A DNA stretch of 62,278 bases from Nanobdellati archaeon (GCA_013152815.1 JAADFO010000060.1:1-62278); one strand, 5' to 3'; numbered from the stretch's first letter, positions 45,878 through 54,710 are shown. Made by a program: numbers and translations. Notes: generated by a model not told the origin, from the sequence alone.

Positions 45878-46839
45878 ACGTCGTCGACAATCTCAAGGAT
45901 GTGCAGTCGCTTCCGACCCGCGACGGTCTAGGACGTGGCCTGGTCAAGCTCGGCAAGGAGAACGACAAGGTCCTGGCGTTGTGCTGTGACCTTGCAGGCA
46001 GCACACGGCTCGATTGGTTCCAGAAAGAATACCCTGACCGTTTCATCGAGATCGGTGTGCAGGAGCAGAACATGATGAGCATGGCTTCAGGTCTTGCCTC
46101 CGAGGGATTCATCCCCTTCGTGTCATCCTACGCTGTCTTTTCGCCTGGCAGGAACTGGGACCAGCTCCGTGTCTCGGTCTGTTACTCCAACGCCAATGTC
46201 AAGGTGATAGCTTCCCACGCCGGCGTCACCGTCGGTCCTGACGGCGCGACCCATCAGGCGTTGGAGGACATCGCTATTGCAAGAGTGCTGCCCAGGATGA
46301 CGGTCATCGTACCTGCCGATGCCATCGAGGCTGAGAAGGCCACCATCGCCATGGCCAGGATGAAGGGTCCTGCCATGATCCGGCTTACGAGAGAGAAGGT
46401 TCCGGTCATCACGACTCCTGACACGCCTTTCGAGATAGGCAAGGCCTATACCTGCCGCGAAGGCAAGGATGTCGCCATCATCGCCAATGGACCTGAACTC
46501 TACCACGCGCTCATGGCTGCAGAGGAGCTCGGGAAGGAGGGCATCTCCTGCAAGGTGGTCAATGTGCATACGGTCAAGCCCATCGACCGGGACGCGATCA
46601 TCGCTGCTGCGAAGGAATGCGGTGCTGTGGTGACCGCCGAAGAGCATCAGAAGATGGCAGGCTTCGGCTCGGCCGTCGCAGAGGTCCTGGTCGAGGAATA
46701 TCCGGTTCCCATGAAGTTCGTCGGCGTCGACGATACGTTCTCAGAGTCCGGGAAGCCGGCAGAGCTCCTGGAGAAGTACGGACTCTCCTCTCCGCACATT
46801 GTCGCTGCAGTGAAGGACGTCCTGAAGAGGAAGTCTTGA
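45874..46839 (+). CDS. transketolase, C-terminal (pyrimidine-binding) subunit
   Basis: RDGLGRGLVKLG...FIEIGVQEQNMMSMASGLA...GATHQALEDIA. ATGA overlap with the N-terminal subunit. Confidence 0.9.
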   Translation: MNVVDNLKDVQSLPTRDGLGRGLVKLGKENDKVLALCCDLAGSTRLDWFQKEYPDRFIEIGVQEQNMMSMASGLASEGFIPFVSSYAVFSPGRNWDQLRVSVCYSNANVKVIASHAGVTVGPDGATHQALEDIAIARVLPRMTVIVPADAIEAEKATIAMARMKGPAMIRLTREKVPVITTPDTPFEIGKAYTCREGKDVAIIANGPELYHALMAAEELGKEGISCKVVNVHTVKPIDRDAIIAAAKECGAVVTAEEHQKMAGFGSAVAEVLVEEYPVPMKFVGVDDTFSESGKPAELLEKYGLSSPHIVAAVKDVLKRKS

Positions 46840-47309
46840 GCTGGCGATTGTTCCTGTACTATTTTTTCTGCAATTTCAGAATTTTTTCTTCAAGTTTTGC
46901 AATCCTGGTCGCACATCTTTTGACTTAAAGAGTTTCATGGTGGAAGGTGATGGAGAGATAATACATATTCTTCGCTTATCCAATTCTTAAGGTTGAGGAT
47001 ACATCAGCCAAATCATCCAGACAAGGAAGACAAAGACATATGAAAAGAGGGGTCCTTAAAAAGAAAGAGGGGGGTGACCCTTGGAAAGAGGTGAGTAGAA
47101 CCAAGGGCCACCTGGTAATTTTCATTACCTGTTTCGCATGTTGTTCTTTGCATGTCGTTTTCGCCGATGTCTGTTCTGTCTTTGGGGGGTGTAGATATGA
47201 ACCAGCGAATTTTCGGGTCAGGCTTCGAGCATCTTGCTCATGTCCACCGACATCCTTCCTTGAGGACCGTCGATGATCATCTCGAAGGGCATGGCATCGT
47301 TCGATATCA

Positions 47310-47453
47310 TCAGAGTTCGACCTCATCTGGTTTTCTGTCCATGATGTACCTGTTCACATCCTTGAACAACTCTCCTCCATATTTGAGATCAGATGCGAAG
47401 GATGCACTGATGCTCTCATTGAATTCATCCAGTTCCCGGTTGCCTTTCCACAT
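47310..47453 (-). CDS. 47-aa hypothetical protein
   Basis: ATG 47453 is preceded by GAGGTGAT. MWKGNRELDEFNESISASFASDLKYGGELFKDVNRYIMDRKPDEVEL. Its stop overlaps the ATG of a further 30-aa ORF (MISNDAMPFEMIIDGPQGRMSVDMSKMLEA). Confidence 0.3.
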   Translation of the reverse strand: MWKGNRELDEFNESISASFASDLKYGGELFKDVNRYIMDRKPDEVEL

Positions 47454-47632
47454 GGGTATCACCTCGATACTCGATAAGGATAGGTAAGGCAACCCTTTAT
47501 TAATCACTTGAGAAACCTAAATCAAGAGCATTGTTCCACAAGAGATTTAAAGGCATCTCCCGGGTCATTGTAACGATTGGGAAGTGTAAGACTGGGAAAA
47601 GAGAAGAGACCGGCATCTCTGCCAGGAATCTA

Positions 47633-47866
47633 CTAATTCTCGGCTGCCTTGGCGATCCACAGGGTCGCGAACACGGCGAGGATGGTCACGATGATGGCAT
47701 AGAGCCATGGTCCGCCGCTTGACAATGCACACAGTGTGCCTGCACCTTCTGTTCCACAAGGGCCTTTAAAAAGGGCCTTGATGGCATCGTTCCATGCTAG
47801 GGCAGCGACCAGACCGAAAGCGGCCGTGATGAGGGCTGCGAACTTCTCTTTCACATCTTTCTTCAT
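47633..47866 (-). CDS. small two-TM membrane protein (DUF5654-like)
   Basis: MKKDVKEKFAALITAAFGLVAALAWNDAIKALF...WLYAIIVTILAVFATLWIA. ATG 47866 is preceded by GGAGGG, and a TATA (tttataaata, minus-strand reading) lies at 47906-47915. Confidence 0.6.
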   Translation of the reverse strand: MKKDVKEKFAALITAAFGLVAALAWNDAIKALFKGPCGTEGAGTLCALSSGGPWLYAIIVTILAVFATLWIAKAAEN

Positions 47867-47967
47867 AAGGTTATCCCTCCTTTCTTTTTGAGAACACATA
47901 CTTTTTATTTATAAAGGTTTCCTCAGTTAAGATTAAGAAAATGAAGAAAAAAGAAAAAGACAATGCC

Positions 47968-48716
47968 CTAGTTGGTTGCTGCCAGGGCAGCATCGATGGC
48001 CTGCTGGAATGCAGCGTAGGGCTGGGCACCGGACACGAGCTTCCCGTTGATGAAGAACGCAGGGGTCCCTCGCACACCGTAGCTCTGGCCGTCGGCGATG
48101 TCCTTCTGGATCTCGCTTGCCATCTTTCCTGAATCGAGGCATTGGTCGAACTCTTGGTCTGGTCCAGTCCGATATCGCCGGCCCATTTCTTATAGTTGTC
48201 GACACCGAGGCTTTCCTGATTGTCGAAGAGCTTGTTGTGCATCTCCCAATATTTTCCCTGTTCTCCTGCGCATTCAGCCGCTTCAGCAGCCTTCTCTGCG
48301 TGAGGATGGAAACTCAGGGGGAAGTCACGATAGACCAGCTTGACCTTTCCTGTGTCGATGTAGTTCTTCTCGATCTGGCCCAATGTCTGGGAATAGAACC
48401 GTTCGCAGTAGGGACATTGATAGTCGCTGAACTCGACGATGGTGACCTTCGCGTCAGGGCTGCCTTTCATAGCATCGTCGTCGACGCTCACCTGGACCGT
48501 CGGTGTCGGTGTGGGCGTCGGGGTCGGAGCAGTTGTCGGCGCCGCTTCTGTCGGCACATCATCCCCTTTAGCTGCGCCATCTGTGGGAGAGACGGCGATG
48601 TTGTCAAGCTTTGCTCCGATGGAGAACAACTGGAACACGATGATCACAACCAATAGTGTCTGTATCAGGACCAAAGTGCCGGTGGTCAACTTTGGTGAGT
48701 CTTTCTTATGTGCCAT
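47968..48716 (-). pseudogene. DsbA-like thiol:disulfide oxidoreductase, reading frame broken by a 1-nt indel near 48151-48156
   Basis: N-part (frame of 48716): TM anchor, TP-rich linker, VEFSDYQCPYCERF...VYRDFPL. C-part in another frame (track ORF 47968..48186): EFDQCLDSGKMASEIQKD...GVRGTPAFFINGKLVSGAQPY. Restoring one base at ...accaa|gag... gives a continuous DsbA-like protein. Confidence 0.75.
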
Positions 48717-48780
48717 TCTAGATTATCCCTCCTTTCAAGCCATATCTTCTGATAAGAATCGTGCTTGGGGAAGTTTTATC

Positions 48781-48870
48781 CTTTATAAATCCTATGGAAT
48801 AACAGGCTCTGTAGAAAGTAGGGTCGGCATCCCGCTGCGAGGCCTTATCCCTGACAGAAGCAGCGTCATT
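48781..48870. repeat. conserved intergenic element, copy A
   Basis: ctttataaatcctatgg...tgtagaaagtagggtcggcatcccgctgcgaggccttatccctgacagaag...tcatt aligns to 52929-53012. The about 50-nt core (48810-48860) is nearly identical. Confidence 0.8.
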
Positions 48871-48976
48871 GCAATGACCGAGCATGATGCTGACCACGCC
48901 GAAAGCGTAACTTTCTCCAGAGCCGCTCTTAAGGGCTCTTGGGGGCTTGTCCTTGTGGCATTCACAGCGTGTAACG

Positions 48977-48982
48977 AAAAAA
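48977..48982 (-). terminator. oligo-T (T6, minus strand) terminator candidate after thioredoxin
   Basis: + strand cgAAAAAAgac, 27 nt past the trx stop at 49009. Confidence 0.4.
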
Positions 48983-49008
48983 GACAAGAAAGGGAGGCAT
49001 TGTCCTGC

Positions 49009-49338
49009 TTATATGCTGGCCAGCATCTCATCTATCTTGTCTTTGAGGTGTTCTTTGGGCAGGGCTCCGACAAGCCTTCCGACCTCTTTTCCCTGCCTGA
49101 AGACGATCATGGTGGGGATGCCCATGATGCCGAACCTGCCTGTTATTTCCTGATATTCCTCTGTGTTGAGCTTGGCGAACCTGAGCCTGTCGGTATACTC
49201 GCCTGAGAGCTCCTCCAGGATGGGTCCGACCACCTTGCATGGTCCGCACCACTCAGCCCAGAAATCGACGAGTAGAGGAGTGTCCTTGCTTATCTGTTCA
49301 TCAAAATCCTTGTCATTGAGTTCCTGCATCAGCATCAC
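49009..49338 (-). CDS. trxA: thioredoxin
   Basis: Active site WAEWCGPCK. 109 aa. GAGGTGAT lies upstream of the ATG. Confidence 0.9.
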   Translation of the reverse strand: MMLMQELNDKDFDEQISKDTPLLVDFWAEWCGPCKVVGPILEELSGEYTDRLRFAKLNTEEYQEITGRFGIMGIPTMIVFRQGKEVGRLVGALPKEHLKDKIDEMLASI

Positions 49339-49518
49339 CTCACAGACGAACCTCTGACCCCCTTTATATGGATTATGGAATAACTTATGGGCCGCATGTC
49401 ATGGGTGTATACTTGTCCGATATGTTCAGTCTCATGCAATCACCTCCCGGTCGTCTCTTCCGGCTTCTGTTCTGGCTTCGGGCGATAGCTTTTTATACGT
49501 CCGGTCTTCCATCGCTGC

Positions 49519-50427
49519 ATGCGTATCCTCATCACCGGAGGGACAGGGTTCATAGGATTGAACATCGTCAAGGCCCTCATGGCAAAGGGTCATGAGCTGG
49601 TCATCACTGGCCATGATGCAGAGCAGAAGATAGACGGTTTTTCAGGGACCTTTCTCCACACCGGTTTTCTGGGCATCGACTGGTCGACTTTGGGAAGATT
49701 CGATGTGGTCTACCATCAGGCGGCCATCAACGACACCACGTTCTTGGACAGGGAAGACATGTTCAGGAATAATGTGGCTGCATCGGAGGAGCTTTTCCGT
49801 CAGGTCATCAAGAACGGCTGCAGACATATCGTCTATGCCTCATCGACAGCCGTCTATGGGGATGTTCCCGCACCCTACAGGGAGGAAGGCCCGACCCGTC
49901 CGCTCAATCCCTATGCAGAATCCAAGCTTGCCCTGGAAAAGGTGGCGCAGCGTATTGCGAAGGAGCATCCCGATGCGGTCATCGTCGGCCTGCGCTATTG
50001 CAATGTCTATGGTCCGGGGGAGAGCCATAAAGGGAAACGTTCTTCCATGATATATCAGTTGGCCCGGCAGATGATGCACCGGCGGCCGCGCATCTTTTTT
50101 GACGGTGAGCAGAAGCGTGACTGGCTCTATGTCAAGGACTGTGTCCGGGCGAACCTTCTCGCTGCAGAGGCGAAGGAAAGCTGTGTCGTCAATTGCGGTT
50201 CTGGCATGGCGACGACCTTCAACGAGCTCATCCGGATTCTGAACAAGGAGCTAGGCACCGATTGGAAGCCAGAGTATTTCGAGAATCCCATCAGGGATCG
50301 TTATCAGGATTTCACCCTCTGTGACATGTCGGCCGCCAAGGAGAAGATAGGCTTTGTCCCGGAATTCGATATCGAGAAAGGCATCGCTGCCTTCAAGAGA
50401 AGCGGAGCCCTTACAGCCTTACGCTGA
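49519..50427 (+). CDS. NAD-dependent sugar epimerase/dehydratase (SDR; ADP-heptose 6-epimerase-like)
   Basis: Rossmann motif ILITGGTGFIGLNIV and catalytic YAESK. 302 aa. Confidence 0.75.
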   Translation: MRILITGGTGFIGLNIVKALMAKGHELVITGHDAEQKIDGFSGTFLHTGFLGIDWSTLGRFDVVYHQAAINDTTFLDREDMFRNNVAASEELFRQVIKNGCRHIVYASSTAVYGDVPAPYREEGPTRPLNPYAESKLALEKVAQRIAKEHPDAVIVGLRYCNVYGPGESHKGKRSSMIYQLARQMMHRRPRIFFDGEQKRDWLYVKDCVRANLLAAEAKESCVVNCGSGMATTFNELIRILNKELGTDWKPEYFENPIRDRYQDFTLCDMSAAKEKIGFVPEFDIEKGIAAFKRSGALTALR

Positions 50428-50469
50428 TGCTCTGCTGTCTCTTTCTCTGGTTCTCTTGGACGCGACCAA

Positions 50470-51540
50470 TCACTTCTTCGGCATCACCAGGATGGTCTCG
50501 TTGACCTGTTCGGTCACATTGACCGGCCGGATCTCCTCTACCGTGATGACTTTGTCCCGAGTGGCAGTCGGCTGTTTCCCTTCCTTGAGCTTCCCCCTTG
50601 CCTGGATGGTCAGGCCTTCGAAAGCATCCTTGAGCGTCCCGGTTATCTGGTACAGCTGTTTCCCCTGTGTATCCAACGGGAATCTTTCATCGTCTTTCTC
50701 ATCGACGCTGAGGACGATGATCCTTCTGCCAGCATCATCGATGATGTACCTGACCATCTCTCCGACATCGTCCTTCTGGACGAGCTCTTTCATAAGATAG
50801 CCGGTGAGCGTCACCTGTTCTCCCTGGACTTTCCTCGCGTTATCGATGTATGCTTCATAGGTGAGGGGGATCTCGTAACTCTCGGTGATGGTCCTGTTGA
50901 CCATGAACGTGCGGTTCTCCTCTCGGGTGATGTTCTTGATAATCGTTAAGCTTTCTGGTCCGGGCGGTTCTCTTGTCAGGACAAGAACAGCGAAGACCAG
51001 GAGGAGGATGACCATGAGCGCGATGATGATCTTCATGGTCCTGCCCATCTTCTTCTGAAGAGATGGGAGGTCGCTGGGTCTGACGAAGACGTGTATCCAG
51101 AGGTGTTTGGGATCGAAGCCGTAGACTGTCTTGACCTTATGGGCAAAAGCCAGCGAGGAATGCTTGAGCTCTTCATCCTGGGGGAAGTCCTCGATGAGGA
51201 AGAAGACATGGGTAACGGCTTCCTGGAGCTCTTTCTTGCTGAGTCTCTTGTCCTTGCTCAGCATCTCATCGGCGAACCCGAGAATGTCCGATGCGACCCT
51301 GAATGACGGGCTCTTCTCCGAAGGGACATGATGTGTCTGGATGTATTCGTCAAAACAGGGATCGAAGACCTCTTTGATGAAATAGGTCGTATGCCGCTTG
51401 TCGTCCCTCTTTGCCTGTCCAACACGGGCTTTCCCTGTTTCCTGTCCTTCTTTCGGCAGGTCGAGACGAGGTTGCTGGTCACCTTGAGCATCCTTGTCCG
51501 TTTGAGGTCTCTTCTCTGGAAGGTCGTTCTCTTCTGCCAT
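50470..51540 (-). CDS. hypothetical single-pass membrane protein
   Basis: ATG 51540 (MAEENDLPEK) lies about 25-30 nt downstream of a TATA (gtttaaatag on the minus strand, 51563-51572). Cytoplasmic N-domain, TM IIIALMVILLLVFAVLVL, extracytoplasmic C-domain with NxT sites. Confidence 0.5.
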   Translation of the reverse strand: MAEENDLPEKRPQTDKDAQGDQQPRLDLPKEGQETGKARVGQAKRDDKRHTTYFIKEVFDPCFDEYIQTHHVPSEKSPSFRVASDILGFADEMLSKDKRLSKKELQEAVTHVFFLIEDFPQDEELKHSSLAFAHKVKTVYGFDPKHLWIHVFVRPSDLPSLQKKMGRTMKIIIALMVILLLVFAVLVLTREPPGPESLTIIKNITREENRTFMVNRTITESYEIPLTYEAYIDNARKVQGEQVTLTGYLMKELVQKDDVGEMVRYIIDDAGRRIIVLSVDEKDDERFPLDTQGKQLYQITGTLKDAFEGLTIQARGKLKEGKQPTATRDKVITVEEIRPVNVTEQVNETILVMPKK

Positions 51541-51694
51541 GACCTCTTTTCGCCGAAAACTACTATTTAAACTATGCGGTCGAGATGACCAAAAAACAGA
51601 AAGATGCAAAATGATGCAGGACAGGGAATGCGCCGACCGGCCCTCAAAAATTGAGAAATTTTGGGTAGTCAGCCTTACGGATTACCCTGGATGA

Positions 51695-51810
51695 TGCGCC
51701 GGCCGGGATTCGAACCCGGATAGCTGGCTCTCTTCTTGCAGGATGATGAAAAAAGATATTCTCCTCCTGCCTGTGGAAGGCCAGAGTCATAGCCATTAGA
51801 CCACCGGCGC
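51695..51810 (-). tRNA. tRNA-Gly (UCC) with a 44-nt intron at the canonical 37/38 position
   Basis: Revcomp GCGCCGG-TG-GTCTAATGGCTATGAC-T-CTGGC-CTTCCA[44 nt]A-GCCAG-CTAT-CCGGGTTCGAATCCCGG-CCGGCGC-A. Exons total 72 nt. Confidence 0.85.
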
Positions 51811-51859
51811 GATATATCGATATACATGACAAACCTTGGGTCTTTTAAAAAACTAACGA

Positions 51860-52906
51860 CTATCCCTGCCTTTTTTTCAAGCCGGTCCGCAGATTCTCTA
51901 CAAATCGGGGAAAATCCTCCTTCTCTACACAGGCACCGCAGGCGTGGGCATGCCCTCCACCATAGCCGTTCACTCCTTTCAGGGCCTGTTCCAGTGCCGG
52001 AGGGATATCTGTCCAGGGGCAGCGAAGGCTCATCTTGACCTCACCGGACTTCTCTCTGCCGATGATGACAAACTTCTTCGGATGCTTATAGATCATCTCA
52101 TTGGCCAGGTCATTGGTCAGCGAATGCCGGTCAGCTGTATAGGTGAAGACGAGGAGCCGGTCCTTGGTATCCTCTTTTTCTGCCATGTCCAATAGTTCCT
52201 GATAGGGCCGGTAGAGCCTTTCGAAACGTTTATGGATGAACCGTCCCCGGGAAGAGGTCTGCTGCAGGATCTCTTCCGGATCCTTTATCCTGGTGATGAT
52301 CTTCGCACAGGAATAGACATCCTTTATCGACCCTTTGAGGAGGAACGAGAAGATCCTTGCCAGCTCTCCTAACCTTGTCGTGAAAAGGGCGGTCTCTGGC
52401 TTTTTCACACGCTTTGAGATCAGTTTCGGATACTTCGCCTGCACCTCTTTCATGAAGTCGGGGAATGTCCAGTCGGATATCGCACCGACCCCGGCGATCC
52501 AGAGGTCCTCTTCTCTTTGGACAGCATGGTAGCAGATGCTCGTGGTGCACTGGTCCAGAGCATGGTATCGCCGTGGGTTGAAATAGCGGATGCCCCTGGT
52601 CTCCTGGAGGCCATGATGGTCTATCCACACCGTCGGCGTGTGCATCTTCTCGAAGAACCGCTCATCGACGAGAGGCTTGTCAAGGATGAAGAGCTTGTCC
52701 GGTCCGTACTCTTCCACCTTGCGCACAAAGAGCTCTCCCAGTGTCGGTGAGGTCTTCACCACCATGCCTTTTCCTTCCTGGATGTATCGGTAGAGCAGGA
52801 GGAATGAGCAGAATCCGTCGGGGTCATCGTCGTAGAGGAAGAGCGGATTGGTGCAGGAGTCCAGTTCCTTGCGTATGTCTGCATAGAATTTCTTGGGCAC
52901 GCTCAT
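51860..52906 (-). CDS. DHH/DHHA1-family phosphoesterase (RecJ/NrnA-like)
   Basis: Motifs LYDDDPDGFCS, WIDHHG (DHH) and NGYGGGHAHACGA (DHHA1 GGGH). Confidence 0.8.
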   Translation of the reverse strand: MSVPKKFYADIRKELDSCTNPLFLYDDDPDGFCSFLLLYRYIQEGKGMVVKTSPTLGELFVRKVEEYGPDKLFILDKPLVDERFFEKMHTPTVWIDHHGLQETRGIRYFNPRRYHALDQCTTSICYHAVQREEDLWIAGVGAISDWTFPDFMKEVQAKYPKLISKRVKKPETALFTTRLGELARIFSFLLKGSIKDVYSCAKIITRIKDPEEILQQTSSRGRFIHKRFERLYRPYQELLDMAEKEDTKDRLLVFTYTADRHSLTNDLANEMIYKHPKKFVIIGREKSGEVKMSLRCPWTDIPPALEQALKGVNGYGGGHAHACGACVEKEDFPRFVENLRTGLKKRQG

Positions 52907-52928
52907 GGTCTGCCGAAAAGGCCGGGGC

Positions 52929-53012
52929 TTTATAAGAATTTCCTATGGGGGACTTTGTAGAAAGTGAGGTCAGCATCCTTTGCGAGGCCTTACCCTGCAC
53001 AGACGCTCATTC
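52929..53012. repeat. conserved intergenic element, copy B
   Basis: ctttataagaatttcctatgg...tgtagaaagtgaggtcagcatcctttgcgaggccttaccctgcacaga...tcatt. Same orientation as copy A, and likewise directly upstream of a minus-strand gene start (52906). Confidence 0.8.
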
Positions 53013-53204
53013 AGAGAACTCTTTGAGCTTTGCCATCTTCTCTATGTTCTTCTCGTTGATGATGATGGTCCCGAGCCTGCCTGAGACCTTGACGAATCCG
53101 TTGTCGATGGCTTCGAGCCTTCCCCTGGCTATCTTGAACTGCTCGCCGTCCCGATAGGGAGCTTTAATCTCCTGTCCGAGGAATTCATCGAATACGCTTG
53201 TCAT
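53007..53204 (-). CDS. 65-aa hypothetical protein (possible small beta-barrel/Sm-like fold)
   Basis: MTSVFDEFLGQEIKAPYRDGEQFKIARGRLEAIDNGFVKVSGRLGTIIINEKNIEKM. The alternating beta-strand pattern is only suggestive. Confidence 0.45.
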   Translation of the reverse strand: MTSVFDEFLGQEIKAPYRDGEQFKIARGRLEAIDNGFVKVSGRLGTIIINEKNIEKMAKLKEFSE

Positions 53205-53338
53205 TTGATCATCACCCGGAGTTGTTGTTCTTCGCTTGGCTCCCCTTAGGCTTACTTGCCTGCCTCTTGCCTATCTACGACTATCTTTCCCTATATCTCT
53301 AATATCTCTATCTGAGAGGATATTGATTATTATGTTAA

Positions 53339-53354
53339 TATACTAATTAGTATA
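53339..53354. promoter_or_regulatory. perfect 16-bp palindrome TATACTAATTAGTATA in an A/T-rich intergenic region
   Basis: Read directly, about 135 nt upstream (minus orientation) of ATG 53204. Adjacent direct repeats atatctct x2 at about 53302-53320. Confidence 0.35.
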
Positions 53355-53452
53355 CTCATATATAAATATTTGTATTTTCTAAACATGGAATCATGAACCA
53401 GGGCTTATCGTTGCTCTTCGCCGGTCTATCTTCCTTTATAACTGTTCAGCGT

Positions 53453-54121
53453 TCAGCGGCTTGAGGTAATGCCTATCCTGTTGCAATATCCCTTTATGGG
53501 GCAGATGCTGCAATGCGGAGAGATGGGCGTGCAGAGGTGCTGGCCGAACGCCACGAGGTACGAATTGAAGTGTATCCAATACCTTCTGGGAAGCTTCTCC
53601 CGAAGGGTCATCTCGGTCTCGAAAGGGTTCCTGGTCTTGACATAGCCCAGCCTGTTGGTTATGCGATGGACGTGGACATCGACGCAGACCGCGGGTTTGG
53701 AGAAACCGACCGCGACCACCAGGTTTGCTGTCTTCCTTCCGACTCCCGGCAGTTCGCAGAGTTCTTCGACCGTATCAGGGATGACTCCTGAGAATTTCTC
53801 TTCCAATGCTCTGGAGAGCTGTTTGAGATGCCTGGCCTTGGTCCTGTAAAATCCTACCGGAAAGATCAGCCGTTCGATCTGTTTCTGGCTCAGCTTCTTG
53901 AGGTCTTCCTTGTTCTTGACCAGGCTGAAAAGCTTCTTCGAGGCCATGGCCGTGGTCTGGTCCTTCGTCCTCGCAGAAAGGATGGTCGCCAGAAGCACCT
54001 TGAAGGGGTCTTTTGTCTGGACCTTCACCAGGTCGACGATGGGAACCCTCCAGTGTTTTACCTCACAGGAAAGGATGCTGTATATCCTGTCGATGGGGAC
54101 TGGCTTCATGCGCTTCATCAT
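53453..54121 (-). CDS. nth: endonuclease III (HhH-GPD DNA glycosylase with 4Fe-4S cluster)
   Basis: HhH motif LPGVGRKTANLVV. Cluster CTPISPHCSICPIKGYC. Confidence 0.9.
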   Translation of the reverse strand: MMKRMKPVPIDRIYSILSCEVKHWRVPIVDLVKVQTKDPFKVLLATILSARTKDQTTAMASKKLFSLVKNKEDLKKLSQKQIERLIFPVGFYRTKARHLKQLSRALEEKFSGVIPDTVEELCELPGVGRKTANLVVAVGFSKPAVCVDVHVHRITNRLGYVKTRNPFETEMTLREKLPRRYWIHFNSYLVAFGQHLCTPISPHCSICPIKGYCNRIGITSSR

Positions 54122-54201
54122 GTTGTGCCGGTGGTGTTGATGGTGGTCCTCTGCGGAGCGGAGAAGGCAGGGAAAAGAAAAAGAGGCGAGGTGCCTTTTT
54201 T

Positions 54202-54699
54202 TTACTCTGCCATCCTCTTTCCCAGCTCTTTGTCGAGGTACAGCAGTCCAGAGACGCTCTTACCGATCATCTTGATCTTCTCGACGATATCATTGGCGTG
54301 CTGTTCCTCTTCCACCTGCTCCTGGATGTACCATTGGAGGAATGCACGGGTGGCATGATCCTTCTCTTTCTGGGCAAGATCGTGGAGGCCGTTGATGAGC
54401 CGGGTGACCTTCTGCTCATGCGAATAGGCCGCTTCAAAGACCTCGAGGGGGCTCTTCCAGCCGGTCTTTGCCTGCTTCAGGCCCGGAAGCGAGATGTTTC
54501 CCTGTCTGCTGAAGACAAAATCGAAGAATTTCATCCCATGCGCAATCTCTTCCTCTGCTTGCTTCTTCATCCAGGAGGCCATGCCTGGAAAGTTCTGCTC
54601 CTCAAGCGATGCAGCCATGCCCAGGTACATGTAGGCTGACTGGAATTCTGCGTTGATCTGTGCACTGATTGCATCCTGCATGCTTTTGCTGATCTTCAT
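54202..54699 (-). CDS. ftn: ferritin
   Basis: AQINAEFQSAYMYLGMA...EEEIAHGMKFFDF...HEQKVT di-iron ligand pattern. ATG 54699 is preceded by AAGGTGAT. An alternative ATG at 54714 overlaps the sod stop (ATGA). Confidence 0.85.
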   Translation of the reverse strand: MKISKSMQDAISAQINAEFQSAYMYLGMAASLEEQNFPGMASWMKKQAEEEIAHGMKFFDFVFSRQGNISLPGLKQAKTGWKSPLEVFEAAYSHEQKVTRLINGLHDLAQKEKDHATRAFLQWYIQEQVEEEQHANDIVEKIKMIGKSVSGLLYLDKELGKRMAE

Positions 54700-54710
54700 C
54701 TTATCACCTT

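Noticed and set aside
48781-48990. RNase P RNA or SRP RNA at the dsbA-trx spacer (because of GUAGAAAGU and ACAGAA strings)
   Set aside because: The resemblance to the P4/CR motifs is only a few nucleotides. A second, similar copy exists at 52929-53012, which is incompatible with a single-copy housekeeping RNA. The stretch is kept as an unclassified repeated element.
51644-51832. 62-aa minus-strand ORF
   Set aside because: It coincides with the intron-containing tRNA-Gly.
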